Of a DNA stretch of 64,000 nucleotides, positions 17,291 through 27,742 are shown piece by piece. Within the stretch, counting starts at the first letter, position 1. The number at the start of each line of letters is the position of its first letter. The notes under the pieces were generated by a model that saw only the letters and a program-made list of their open reading frames with translations, made no database searches and was not told the origin of the DNA. Source of the DNA: Candidatus Phycocordibacter aenigmaticus (GTDB taxonomy: Bacteria; Patescibacteriota; Minisyncoccia; Phycocordibacterales; Phycocordibacteraceae); the NCBI GenBank assembly GCA_045401115.1, contig CP174359.1:419247-483246 (forward strand). Direction: 5' to 3'. A program made the translations under genes and the position numbers.

Positions 17291-18490
17291 ATGTCCAACT
17301 ACCAAAACGATTCAATTTTTTGGGTTGCCGTTGATAAGGTTCGGCCAAACCCGTTTCAGCCGCGCACTGAATTTGATGAATCAAAACTGAAGACGCTTGC
17401 CGACTCTATTCGGCAATATGGCGTACTACAACCATTAGTGGTGACACGCCACGAAGAAGAAAAAGATGATGGGGGTATATCAACCTATTATGAGCTCATT
17501 GCTGGTGAGCGTAGGCTTCGTGCGTCTAAAATTGCGGGTCTTTCTCAGGTGCCGGTTATCATTCGTTCATTTGAAGAACATGACCACATGAAATTGGAAC
17601 TTGCAATTATTGAAAACCTCCAACGTGAAGACCTTAATGCTATTGACCGTGCCCGTGCTTTCCAACGGTTACAAAAAGAATTTGATTTAAATAATACGCA
17701 AATCGGTAAGAAAGTAGGGAAGAGTAGGGAATATGTATCCAACTCATTACGCTTATTGAATCTTCCAGAATTCATGCAGCAAGCCGTTATGGGCGGTAAG
17801 TTGGCTGAAGGACATGCTCGTGCACTTTTAATGCTTGATGGAAGACCTCAGGAGCAAGAGACAGTGTTTCGGGATATTCTGCTTCGTAAACTCTCAGTTC
17901 GTGAGGTTGAAAAAATTACTCGTCAAATTGCGACTGATAAAGTACGTAAAAAAGATCCGCGTCCGGAAATCACCGCGCTTGAACGTGCTTTTGCAGAGCG
18001 TTTTGGTACCCCTGTTGAGATTAAAGAAAAAGAAAATGGTGGAAAACTGATTATTAATTTTTATTCAACTGACGATCTTGAAGGTATCTTGTTGCAGGTA
18101 GAAAACACTAAAAAAGAAACACCACTACCACCACACATACCGTCGGATAGAGTAACTGAACCTCAAACAGTTGAACAACAGCAGCCTACTGAAAAAAATA
18201 CAGAATCCCCGCATTCGACTGTGCATACAGAATTATCTATTAAAAATACAGACACTCCAGCGCCATCAATGCACTCAATATCTCAGCAAGACACGCCACA
18301 AGATGTTCCGGAAGAAGGTGAAAACGATTCAGTTATGAGAGCGCAGGAATTAGATACAGATGAATCACCAAATCCAGTCACTCCAGAGTCAGATTCTTCA
18401 GTTGAACTGCTCGATGACCGTTCTGACGAAGAAAAAAAGATGAAGATGATAATTTCTCCATCGCTAATTTTTCAATTTAATACATTTTAG
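17291..18490 (+). CDS. parB: ParB/Spo0J-family partition protein with long acidic low-complexity C-terminal tail (no adjacent parA)
   Basis: ParB box GERRLRA, HTH region, N-terminal ParB-like nuclease domain; C-terminal ~120 aa rich in E/D/S/P/T. Confidence 0.7.
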   Translation: MSNYQNDSIFWVAVDKVRPNPFQPRTEFDESKLKTLADSIRQYGVLQPLVVTRHEEEKDDGGISTYYELIAGERRLRASKIAGLSQVPVIIRSFEEHDHMKLELAIIENLQREDLNAIDRARAFQRLQKEFDLNNTQIGKKVGKSREYVSNSLRLLNLPEFMQQAVMGGKLAEGHARALLMLDGRPQEQETVFRDILLRKLSVREVEKITRQIATDKVRKKDPRPEITALERAFAERFGTPVEIKEKENGGKLIINFYSTDDLEGILLQVENTKKETPLPPHIPSDRVTEPQTVEQQQPTEKNTESPHSTVHTELSIKNTDTPAPSMHSISQQDTPQDVPEEGENDSVMRAQELDTDESPNPVTPESDSSVELLDDRSDEEKKMKMIISPSLIFQFNTF

Positions 18491-18499
18491 TGTTCTGTA

Positions 18500-20035
18500 T
18501 TAATGTGAGTTTTCCTCTTCCTCTTTTTTAAGTGCGCTTTTAATGTGACTTTTTGCACCGGCAGTTTTTACGACCCCAAGCCATTTGTGGTTTGGTTTTG
18601 CGTTTTTACTGGTTAATATTTCAACAACGTCCCCATTCTTAAGAGTTGACTCAAAAGAGGCCATTTTCCCGTTCACTTTTGCGCCGTTCATAGTATCGCC
18701 CACATCTGAGTGAATGCTATATGCAAAATCAATAGGAGTCGCGGCAAGAGGGAGATCAATCACGTCACCTTTGGGAGTGAATGCAAAAATACGTTCAGCG
18801 AACACGTCTTTTTTAAGAATATCTTCAAATGTCTGTGATTCAGGGTGTTCTTCTTGTGTGTATGATAGATCACGCAACCACCGTGGTGTTGGCACCCCAT
18901 TTTGTGTTGGCATTGTTCGCCTTCGTAGGTTAGGTATTAAGTTTTGAAGCCATTCAAATGTAGTCTTTTTCGATGTATGCGGCGAGGGTGATTGCTTGTA
19001 GTTAAAATGAGAGGCAACACCGTATTGTGCATCACGATGCATGAGTTCAGTACGTAGTTGTAATTCAACAGTTACCCCACGTCGGGTGATAACGGTAGTG
19101 TGAATTGATTGATATCCGTTGGGTTTAGGAAACGCAATATAATCTTTTACTTTTCCAGGGATAGGACGCCATAGGCCATGCACGATACCAAGTGCACGAT
19201 AGCAGTCTTCAGTGTTTTTAAGGATAACGCGCAATGCGAAAAGGTCGAGTACCGCAGAGAGGTCATCATTGTATCGTTCGTGCGCTTTATTGCTAAAACT
19301 GTGTACACCCTTTACCCGGTATTCAGTACGGAAATCACGCAGTCCACTTTCTCCTAGAGTTTTTTTTAAATCTTTAATATCTTCATCAATACGGTGCCCC
19401 ACTTCTTTTTTACGTTCATCAATACGGTGAGTGAGTTCTTCATATTTTTCAGGTTCGAGCGTTGCAAATGCAAGGTCTTCAAGTTGGGCTTTAATATTTC
19501 CCATACCAAGACGCTCCGCAATGGGTACATACACTTCCATTGTTTCAAGTGCTTTACGTTTTTGTCGCTCTGGTTCATGAAATTTGTTTGTTTGCATGTT
19601 GTGCAAACGATCATACATTTTAACGATGATAACGCGGAGGTCTTGTGCTGTTGCCACGAGGAGTTTACGCATGCTCTCTACGTGTCGTTCCATCCCGCGA
19701 TATTTAATAGTTCCAAGCTTAGTTACGCCCTCAACAATAAAGCGAATTTCTGCGTTAAATTCTTTTTCAAGTTCCTCAGGAGTTATCTGGGTGTCTTCAA
19801 TAGTGTCATGCAAAAGACCTGCGGCAATAGAAGACGCATCCATACCAGCTTCAGCAAGATAATATCCGGTACTCGCAATGTGTGATTGAAAATATGGTTC
19901 CCCTGAAAGTCGTTTTTGACCGTCATGCGCTTTTTGGGCAAATTCCCATGCACGCGTCACAATATCTCGTGCGTCGCTACTCTGTTCACGCATCTGAGAG
20001 AGAATATCTTTAAGAGTAAAATATGTTTGAGACAT
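18500..20035 (-). CDS. rel: bifunctional (p)ppGpp synthetase/hydrolase, RelA/SpoT family (compact)
   Basis: HD hydrolase motif HDTIEDT; RelA_SpoT synthetase region (YRALGIVHGLWRPIPG, GYQSIHTTV); TGS domain at C-terminus. Confidence 0.8.
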   Translation of the reverse strand: MSQTYFTLKDILSQMREQSSDARDIVTRAWEFAQKAHDGQKRLSGEPYFQSHIASTGYYLAEAGMDASSIAAGLLHDTIEDTQITPEELEKEFNAEIRFIVEGVTKLGTIKYRGMERHVESMRKLLVATAQDLRVIIVKMYDRLHNMQTNKFHEPERQKRKALETMEVYVPIAERLGMGNIKAQLEDLAFATLEPEKYEELTHRIDERKKEVGHRIDEDIKDLKKTLGESGLRDFRTEYRVKGVHSFSNKAHERYNDDLSAVLDLFALRVILKNTEDCYRALGIVHGLWRPIPGKVKDYIAFPKPNGYQSIHTTVITRRGVTVELQLRTELMHRDAQYGVASHFNYKQSPSPHTSKKTTFEWLQNLIPNLRRRTMPTQNGVPTPRWLRDLSYTQEEHPESQTFEDILKKDVFAERIFAFTPKGDVIDLPLAATPIDFAYSIHSDVGDTMNGAKVNGKMASFESTLKNGDVVEILTSKNAKPNHKWLGVVKTAGAKSHIKSALKKEEEENSH

Positions 20036-20116
20036 TACACCATATTGTAACGTTTTTATTGTCCAGGTGTTAGTCTTTCATTGCGCTAGGCAATAGTATG
20101 TTTCTCTTGGGTTTAT

Positions 20117-22489
20117 TTACCCATTTTTTATCATTTCTGCTGCCACTTCCGGCGTCAGTTTCTCGGGATCTTGTTTCGGGTCAAGAAGGATGTGTTTGAA
20201 TCCTTTTTTAAGAAAGAAACCTCGCTTTGATTTGTAGAGTGTAATTGGTTTTTTGGTGCGCGGATGTGGTCCGACAGTGCGTACCACTTCGATACCTTTA
20301 CGTCCTTTTTTTGGTTCTTTTAATATTTCTAGAGCTCGATCAAAAGTGATTGTGTATGGATCGTCTTCTTTAAGTGATCGGAAATCACCATCGTGTACTA
20401 CATACGGTCCATACCGACCAATGTTGGCACTTATCATATTTCCAGTTTCAGGGTGTTCACCAAGTTCACGAGGAAGGATAAGAAGTTTTACTGCCTCTTG
20501 AAGAGTAATATGTTCAGCATCCATCTCTGGTGGGATAGAAGCACGTTTCGTTTTTGCTTTTATTCTACGTTTTTTACCAGTCTTTGAAATAGATTCTTTT
20601 TCCTCCTCAAGTACCATTTCGACATACGGACCAAATCGACCGTTACGGATATAAATTGGCTTATCAAGTTCCGGGTGGTTACCAATAGGGTCTTCAGTGC
20701 CAATTTCTTGACCTTCTTCGGTGCGTGCACCGGTACAGTCAGGGAATTTAGAACAACTCATAAATACACCAGAGCGGGAGAGTTTCATTTCCATAGATGC
20801 GCCACAGAGAGGGCAGTGGAACTCTTTAGGAGCCGGTCCGAGTGTTGTGAGTTTTGGAATATCAGCTTTTGATTCAAGTGCTTTAGTGAAAGGGGTATAA
20901 AATTCCTGTAGTGTTTTAGCATATTCACGTTCACCTTCAGCAATATGGTCGAGCTTGTCTTCCATCTCTGCAGTGAATGAGTCACTTACATAGTGTTCAA
21001 AATGTTTTTCAAGGAAACTCGAAACGACATCTCCAGTAGCAGTTGGGGTCAGTGTACGTCCTTCTTTGGTCACATAACCACGATCGATAATGGTCTTCAT
21101 AATTGACGCATATGTTGACGGGCGGCCAATGCCACGCTTTTCAAGTTCTTTCACCAATCCTGCCTCAGTATAGCGTTTTGGTGGTTGAGTATAGCGCTCC
21201 TCGCTTTCAATCTCCGTGAGCGTCGCTGTTTCCCCAGTAGTCATTTTTGGAAGTATCGTATCTTCTCCTTTTGCTTCTGGATCCGCTTTAAGCCATCCCT
21301 CATCGGTAAGTACTGAGCCATTCACCGTAAAGTCGGGGACCCCGTCAGTACTTAATGCAATTTTAGTGCGCAACATTTGCGCGTCACGCATTTGACTCGC
21401 AACAGTGCGAGAATGAATCAGGGTGTAGAGTCTTTTTTGCTCCTCATTCAAACCAGCAGCTGTTTTTGTTACATCAGTTGGACGGATTGCCTCGTGGGCT
21501 TCTTGTGCATTTTTACTCTTCCCTTTGTACGTGCGTGTCTCAAGGTATTCTTTGCCGTAGGTGTTTGTGATATGAGTTTTTAATGCATTGATTGCACTGG
21601 CGGCAAGGGTAGTACTGTCGGTACGCATGTACGTAATGTGTCCGGCTTCGTACAGCTTTTGTGCGACACCCATGGTGCGTGCGGGGGAGAAGCCAAGACG
21701 CGTTGATGCGGTTTGTTGGAGTGTACTGGTAGTAAACGGTGGTTTTGGTGAACGTTTGGTTGGCGTTTCAGTGATGGCACTCACATTCCAGGTGCCTTTC
21801 TTCCCAACGCTTACAATACGTTCAGCTTCTTTTTCTTCTGTTGGCTCAATAGAGCATTCTGTAGTGAATGCTTCCTTTCCTTGTGTAGTAAAATCAGCAG
21901 TAATCGTAAAGTACTGATCGGGAATAAACGCCCGAATTTCTCGTTCACGCTCCATAAGAATACGTAATGCCGGTGACTGTACACGACCTGCTGAAAGTCC
22001 GTACCGTACTTTTTTCCAAATCAGCCCCGATAGATCGTAGCCCACGAGTCGATCAAGAACGCGCCGCGCTTCTTGCGCTTTACGCAGGTCATCATCAATA
22101 GTACGCGGTTTTTCTACTGCTTCTTGCACTGCTTCTTTGGTAATTTCATGAAAGACCACTCGTTTTGCCTTATCAAGGTCGGCAACTTCTTTAAGGTGCC
22201 ACGCGATAGCTTCACCTTCACGGTCGGGGTCAGTGGCAAGTAACACCTCGTCCGCTGTGGCGGCAGCTTGTTTAATATCGCTAATCACTTTTCCTTTACC
22301 GGGTGTAGTGACGTATTTAGGTATAAAACCGTTTTCAATATCTACGGCGTCTTTATTTGATTTTGGTAGGTCGCGTACATGACCGACACTTGCCATTACT
22401 TTGTATCCCTTTCCGAGATACTTTTCGATAGTTTTCGCTTTTGCAGGCGACTCTACAATTACCAATGTTGTTTTTTGGGACATTAGCAA
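20117..22489 (-). CDS. topA: DNA topoisomerase I
   Basis: TOPRIM LVIVESPAKAKTIEKYLG, catalytic Tyr region (GHITYMRTDS), C-terminal Zn-ribbon repeats (CPLCGASM, C..C). Confidence 0.85.
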   Translation of the reverse strand: MLMSQKTTLVIVESPAKAKTIEKYLGKGYKVMASVGHVRDLPKSNKDAVDIENGFIPKYVTTPGKGKVISDIKQAAATADEVLLATDPDREGEAIAWHLKEVADLDKAKRVVFHEITKEAVQEAVEKPRTIDDDLRKAQEARRVLDRLVGYDLSGLIWKKVRYGLSAGRVQSPALRILMEREREIRAFIPDQYFTITADFTTQGKEAFTTECSIEPTEEKEAERIVSVGKKGTWNVSAITETPTKRSPKPPFTTSTLQQTASTRLGFSPARTMGVAQKLYEAGHITYMRTDSTTLAASAINALKTHITNTYGKEYLETRTYKGKSKNAQEAHEAIRPTDVTKTAAGLNEEQKRLYTLIHSRTVASQMRDAQMLRTKIALSTDGVPDFTVNGSVLTDEGWLKADPEAKGEDTILPKMTTGETATLTEIESEERYTQPPKRYTEAGLVKELEKRGIGRPSTYASIMKTIIDRGYVTKEGRTLTPTATGDVVSSFLEKHFEHYVSDSFTAEMEDKLDHIAEGEREYAKTLQEFYTPFTKALESKADIPKLTTLGPAPKEFHCPLCGASMEMKLSRSGVFMSCSKFPDCTGARTEEGQEIGTEDPIGNHPELDKPIYIRNGRFGPYVEMVLEEEKESISKTGKKRRIKAKTKRASIPPEMDAEHITLQEAVKLLILPRELGEHPETGNMISANIGRYGPYVVHDGDFRSLKEDDPYTITFDRALEILKEPKKGRKGIEVVRTVGPHPRTKKPITLYKSKRGFFLKKGFKHILLDPKQDPEKLTPEVAAEMIKNG

Positions 22490-22552
22490 TAACTAGTACG
22501 TTATGAATGGAATACTGTCAACCCATTCTCTTGGATATACGTGTTTTCTAAT

Positions 22553-23410
22553 TCATTTTTTTCGACGTATCTCACCACTGGTTTCTTCAAGTAAACCTTT
22601 AAGTTCCATACCAAGTAAAAGCGCATTTGCTTCATGAATTGGTATTTTTAATGTTCGAATTAATTCGTCGCGTGGGATGGGTTCTGAAAGAATATTTATC
22701 ACCTTATTCTCAACATCAGAGAGGTTGGCTGTATGTGTGTGTCCTTTTTCAGGAGTATCTAAATTAAATAATTCTTTAATATCTTCAGCGCTGCGCACCG
22801 GCGCGCCGCCAAGTTTCATGTATATGTGTCCTCCCGTACCACTCTCAGAAAAAATTGGGTGGGGAACACATAACAGATCGCGGTTATAATCGAGCGCAAG
22901 ACGTGCCGTTATCATGGTGCCCGAGCGTTCTTTTGCTTCTACTACAAGTGTTGCGTGTGCGATCCCTGCCATAATCCGATTTCTTTTAGGAAAGCTTTCT
23001 GGACGGGCACAAAATGTCGGTGACTCTTCACTGAGAATGGCGCCACCTGCTTTAAGGATATCGTTTGCAAGTCCTCGGTGTGAACGTGGATACAGCACAC
23101 TATCATCAACTCCTGAGCCTGGAATGGCGATGGTGTGAAGCCCTGCTGTAAGTGCCGCGCGGTGCGCTACACCATCAATGCCCAGCGCAAGGCCGGACAC
23201 TATTGATATTGGAAGCCCTGTGAGTCCGTTGATAATATATTCACAGGCTTCTCGCCCATAGCGGCTCATTTTACGCGAACCAACCACAGCAAGGAGGTAG
23301 TGATCTTGTGGCGGTAGTGAGCCACGTATATAAAGATCAGTAGGAGGGTCAGGAATTTCTTTCAATAGAAGAGGAAGGTCAGCCTGGTGTATGTGACTAA
23401 AAGAGCCCAT
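22553..23410 (-). CDS. dprA: DNA processing protein DprA (Smf)
   Basis: Rossmann-like DprA core AVVGSRKMSRYG..VSGLALGIDGVAHRAAL..IAIPGSGVD; C-terminal winged helix. Confidence 0.8.
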   Translation of the reverse strand: MGSFSHIHQADLPLLLKEIPDPPTDLYIRGSLPPQDHYLLAVVGSRKMSRYGREACEYIINGLTGLPISIVSGLALGIDGVAHRAALTAGLHTIAIPGSGVDDSVLYPRSHRGLANDILKAGGAILSEESPTFCARPESFPKRNRIMAGIAHATLVVEAKERSGTMITARLALDYNRDLLCVPHPIFSESGTGGHIYMKLGGAPVRSAEDIKELFNLDTPEKGHTHTANLSDVENKVINILSEPIPRDELIRTLKIPIHEANALLLGMELKGLLEETSGEIRRKK

Positions 23411-23460
23411 ACTCTTTATGCTACTATGGTTTTTATACTCTTTTGAGATAAAAAATACAT

Positions 23461-24741
23461 ATGTTGGATATTAAATTTATTGAAGAAAATCCCGATATCG
23501 TTCGCGCGGCTATACAGAATAAAAAAAGCCCGGCAGTTGATTTGGATGCATTACTTGCATTGAATGAGAAACGAAAAACGCTTCAAAAAGAAATTGATGA
23601 TTTAAATAGAGCTAAAAACGAAGCCGCTACGGCACGAGATATTGACCGTGGTAAGCAGGTAAAGGAAGAACTTCAAACAGTAACCGCAGAATATTCCGAT
23701 GTGGAAAAAGAATATGCCACGCTTCTTTTAAAAATTCCAAACATACCTTCAGCTGACACACCGATAGGTGCAGATGAGTCTGAAAATAAAGTACTCAGTC
23801 AAGTTGGTGAACAGCCGTCTTTTTCTTTTACTCCAAAACCGCATTGGGAGCTCGGTGAGCATCTTGATGTTATTGATACAAAAAAAGCCGCAGATGTATC
23901 AGGTGCTCGGTTTAATTACCTCAAAGGTGCCGCAGCGATGTTGCAGTATGCGCTGTTCGATCTTGGCGTGAAAGTGTTGACTGATAGCGAGGTGCTTGAA
24001 GGTATTGCTGAGCGTGCAGGGCTTGCAATAAAAGTCACTCCTTTTATACCAGTAGTGCCGCCACTGATGATGCGTAGCGCAGTGATGAACCGTATGGCAC
24101 GCCTTCATCCTCTTGATGAACGTTACTATCTTGAAAAAGATGACCTAGTGCTTATTGGTAGCGCTGAACACACCCTCGGTCCAATTCATATGGATGAGAA
24201 AATCAAAGAGGAAGATGTACCGCTTCGGTATTTTGCCTTTACTCCAGCCTTCAGAAGGGAAGCTGGTTCATATGGGAAAGACACACGAGGGGTTATTCGC
24301 CAGCATCAATTTGATAAATTAGAAATGGAAACGTTTGTAAGACCAGAAGATGGATATCCGGAACAGGACTTTATCGTAGCCATTCAAGAGCACGTACTCC
24401 AATTACTTGAGCTTCCATATCAAAAAGTAGCTATTTGTACGGGAGACATGGGGGCACCGGATCATCGGCAGTTTGATATGGAAACGTGGATGCCGGGGCA
24501 GGGGGTATATAAAGAAACCCACACATCTGATTACATGGGAGGCTACCAAGCTCGCCGTCTGCGCACCCGTCTTGTGCGAAAAGATGGATCTACAGAGGCA
24601 GTACATATGAATGACGCAACTCTATTTGCTATGGGAAGAATGATTGCTGCCATTATGGAAAACTATCAACAAGAAGATGGTTCGATTCGTGTCCCTAAGG
24701 TGCTTCAGCAATACGTTGGAAAAGATATAATTAAGGCATAA
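23461..24741 (+). CDS. serS: serine--tRNA ligase
   Basis: N-terminal coiled-coil arm; class II motifs (FRREAGS.G.DTRGVIRQHQF; GRM IAAIMENY); stop overlaps next ATG (TAATG). Confidence 0.85.
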   Translation: MLDIKFIEENPDIVRAAIQNKKSPAVDLDALLALNEKRKTLQKEIDDLNRAKNEAATARDIDRGKQVKEELQTVTAEYSDVEKEYATLLLKIPNIPSADTPIGADESENKVLSQVGEQPSFSFTPKPHWELGEHLDVIDTKKAADVSGARFNYLKGAAAMLQYALFDLGVKVLTDSEVLEGIAERAGLAIKVTPFIPVVPPLMMRSAVMNRMARLHPLDERYYLEKDDLVLIGSAEHTLGPIHMDEKIKEEDVPLRYFAFTPAFRREAGSYGKDTRGVIRQHQFDKLEMETFVRPEDGYPEQDFIVAIQEHVLQLLELPYQKVAICTGDMGAPDHRQFDMETWMPGQGVYKETHTSDYMGGYQARRLRTRLVRKDGSTEAVHMNDATLFAMGRMIAAIMENYQQEDGSIRVPKVLQQYVGKDIIKA

Positions 24742-25553
24742 TGCCGGGAAAGAAAAAACGTACACTTAAAGAACGTCGCCGTCGAAAGTTGGTGATTGTT
24801 ACTGCGTCGATTGGGGTTATTGTGTTGGCGCTCATTGTGTTGTTGGTTATGTTACTGCGCTTGCCTGAAATACGGATTGGGCACGTTTCAATTTCCGGTA
24901 CGCAGTATTCGCATGAGTCACTGGTAACGCAAACAGTGCAGCGCTCACTCAGTGGAAATTATTTTTTTGTTGTTCCGCACAATAATACTTTTTTATATCC
25001 TAAAACAGAGATACGTCATGAATTGAAAAAGCAATTCCCGGCGGTGCGCTCAGTTACTTTTGAACGCCCTACTATGCAATCACTTTCAATAACTGTGGTA
25101 GAGCGCAAACCAGACGCGCTGTGGTGCGCACACGCAAGTAGTTCTCCGTGCTACCTCATGGATGAGGACGGTTTTGTGTTTGTACGCGCTCCCCACGAAT
25201 ATCCTGAACTGGTTCGCTATCAAGGAACATTAGATGGTGATATTCCGGCTGTGTTTCTTAGTGGCGCGTATCCAGAACTCACTCGGTTTATCGATGATGT
25301 CGGCGAAGTGACCAAACGATCAGTGGATCGGGTTGTGCGAGATGAGCACGGTGATGTATTTGTTTTTTTTGAAGAAGCCGGCGGTGAACTGCGTTTTGTG
25401 CATAATGATGCAAGCGATCTACTTTTACAAAATATTGCCAGTGTGTTTGCCGCACCACGTTTCCATGCCAGCACGACGCCGCTTGAGTATGCTGACTTTC
25501 GTTTTGGTAAAAAGGTATATGTAAAATTTCTTTCCGAAGATTCGGAGCTATAA
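24741..25553 (+). CDS. ftsQ: cell division protein FtsQ/DivIB-like (POTRA domain)
   Basis: Basic N-terminus, single TM, then POTRA-like region (IRIGHVSISGTQYS...); translationally coupled to serS. Confidence 0.45.
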   Translation: MPGKKKRTLKERRRRKLVIVTASIGVIVLALIVLLVMLLRLPEIRIGHVSISGTQYSHESLVTQTVQRSLSGNYFFVVPHNNTFLYPKTEIRHELKKQFPAVRSVTFERPTMQSLSITVVERKPDALWCAHASSSPCYLMDEDGFVFVRAPHEYPELVRYQGTLDGDIPAVFLSGAYPELTRFIDDVGEVTKRSVDRVVRDEHGDVFVFFEEAGGELRFVHNDASDLLLQNIASVFAAPRFHASTTPLEYADFRFGKKVYVKFLSEDSEL

Positions 25554-25678
25554 AAAGAACGAACTGCTTTGTTACCTTCGTCGCGCGAGTGCTCACTGTA
25601 CACAAAAGTACGACTCGCACTCTAGCTCCTCGGTGCCGCACATTTCATTTCTTTTTATAGATCCTTACTTTATTTTTC

Positions 25679-26704
25679 GTGTTTCGCGTATTTGTGCCTG
25701 GTGTGGTATTAAAAGGGGATATGCAAAGTTTCTGGAATAGTCTATCAAAACCAATTATGGTCCTAGCACCTATGGCAGATGTTACTGACGTGGCGTTTCG
25801 TCGTGTTATCGCAAAATACGGCAGGCCAGATGTTATCTGGACTGAATTCGTATCAGCTGACGGACTTGCGCTTGCACCGGACGAAGGACGTGCAAAACTC
25901 ATGAAAGATTTAGAATACTCAGAAGCCGAACGGCCTATCGTTGCTCAATTCTTTACCGCAACCCCAAAACATATGGAATCAGCCGCAGCATTAGCACGTG
26001 AGCTGGGATTTGATGGGGTTGATATTAATATGGGGTGTCCTGATAGGTCTATTGAAAAGCAGGGTTCTGGAGCCGCGCATATAAAAAGCGCTGAGCATGC
26101 AAAAGAAATCATCTATGCCGCGCAGGCCGGAGCAAAGGATATTCCCGTATCGGTAAAAACCCGTCTCGGTTATAACAAAGATGAACTCGACACGTGGCTT
26201 CCGCATCTGTTTGAAACAAAACCAGCCGTACTTACGATGCACGCGCGCACCCGAAAAGAAATGAGTAAAGTACCGGCGCGGTGGGAGCGCGTGGCGGAAG
26301 TAGTCGCTGTACGTGATCGTTTAGCGCCTGATACGTTAGTGTTGGGTAATGGCGACGTCGTCGATCTTGCTGATGCGAGAGAGAAGGTTGCTGAAAGTGG
26401 TGCCGATGGTGCAATGCTTGGCAGAGCTATTTTTGGAAACCCGTGGCTTTTTTCAAATGTTGGACGTCCGACGTCCAACATTTCGCTCAAGGAGCGGCTT
26501 GAAGTGATGGTTGAACATACGAAACTTTTTGAAGAGTTATTGCCGCATAAGAATTTCGCCATTATGAAGAAACACTATAAAGCATATGTTTCTAACTTTG
26601 ACGGCGCCGCAGACCTACGCGCAAAACTTATGGAAACAAAAACTGCAGCAGAAGTTGCGTCTATTGTGGACAACTTTCTTGCTGAAAGCACAATTGGCAC
26701 GTAG
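25679..26704 (+). CDS. dus: tRNA-dihydrouridine synthase
   Basis: LAPMADVTDVAFRRV, TIM-barrel Dus motifs (DINMGCP, catalytic Cys), likely start at MQSFWNS (25724). Confidence 0.8.
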   Translation: MFRVFVPGVVLKGDMQSFWNSLSKPIMVLAPMADVTDVAFRRVIAKYGRPDVIWTEFVSADGLALAPDEGRAKLMKDLEYSEAERPIVAQFFTATPKHMESAAALARELGFDGVDINMGCPDRSIEKQGSGAAHIKSAEHAKEIIYAAQAGAKDIPVSVKTRLGYNKDELDTWLPHLFETKPAVLTMHARTRKEMSKVPARWERVAEVVAVRDRLAPDTLVLGNGDVVDLADAREKVAESGADGAMLGRAIFGNPWLFSNVGRPTSNISLKERLEVMVEHTKLFEELLPHKNFAIMKKHYKAYVSNFDGAADLRAKLMETKTAAEVASIVDNFLAESTIGT

Positions 26705-26837
26705 ACTGCTACCAATTTGTGCCTATGAAAAAAAGATATAAAACAAAGTCTATTTCGCAAGCACAAATTGGTCATTTGACCACCATCCCCGACAATTGTC
26801 GGGGATTTTTTTATTTACCACCTAATCAATAACACTT

Positions 26838-27674
26838 ATGAAAGCAACCTTATCTCCAAAAACAAAACCAACGTACGATACAAAACTCTTCTCGGATACC
26901 GTAAACAGGCTTCGCGCGTTCTTTCTTGAGCGTGGATTTCTTGAGGTACATACACAAGACCGGCTTTCAATTCTTGCCGCTTGTGAAGACCCTGAAACTG
27001 TTTCAACGTATGGGTATGAAAACGAAGTATGGCCACTGCCGCAAACAGGTCAAATGTGGCTCGAATACGAATTACTCACCAAGCCGGAACTTCCCGGCGT
27101 TTTTTGTGTCTCAACGAGTTACCGCAACGAACCTAATCCCATTCCTGGAAGGCATGAGCGTATCTTTCCTATGTTTGAGTTTGAAGCGCCAGGAACCATG
27201 GAGGACCTGGTCGCGCTTGAAAGCGCGCTCTGCACACACATGGGCTTAGGAGAGGAATCAGAATTCGCACACCTTGAGTACGAAGACGCGATGAAGCACT
27301 ACAATACTGACGATATCTCTGCTGAGGAAGAGATGAAGATGAGAGATGAATTTGGTCGCGTAGTGTTCCTTAAAAATTTCCCCGAACATACCTCACCGTT
27401 TTGGAACATGAATCGCGCCGGTGAAATCGCGCGAAAAGTAGATGTGATTATCGATGGTATGGAAACAATCGGCTCTGCAGAGCGTAGCTCTGACCGCGAG
27501 GAAATGAAGCGACGCTTTGCCACCATATCTGACGGAGAGTATGCGGCGCTACTTTATGAAAAATTCGGAGAGGATAGAGTAAAGAAAGAACTTAAAGAAT
27601 TCTTTGAGCTGGAATTCTTTCCTCGCTTTGGTGGTGGAATTGGTATGACTCGTATGATGCGCGCGTGTCAGTAG
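26838..27674 (+). CDS. class II aminoacyl-tRNA synthetase catalytic-core paralog lacking anticodon-binding domain (EpmA/GenX- or AsnA-like)
   Basis: LRAFFLERGFLEVHTQ (motif 1 region), STSYRNEPNP..GRHERIFPMFEFE (motif 2), GGGIGMTRMMRA (motif 3); only 278 aa. Confidence 0.5.
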   Translation: MKATLSPKTKPTYDTKLFSDTVNRLRAFFLERGFLEVHTQDRLSILAACEDPETVSTYGYENEVWPLPQTGQMWLEYELLTKPELPGVFCVSTSYRNEPNPIPGRHERIFPMFEFEAPGTMEDLVALESALCTHMGLGEESEFAHLEYEDAMKHYNTDDISAEEEMKMRDEFGRVVFLKNFPEHTSPFWNMNRAGEIARKVDVIIDGMETIGSAERSSDREEMKRRFATISDGEYAALLYEKFGEDRVKKELKEFFELEFFPRFGGGIGMTRMMRACQ

Positions 27675-27742
27675 TTGTATGAAAACCGAGGAATATCAAC
27701 TGTTCGCTGCGTGGTTGACTGAAGTGGATAACCAATAACGCT

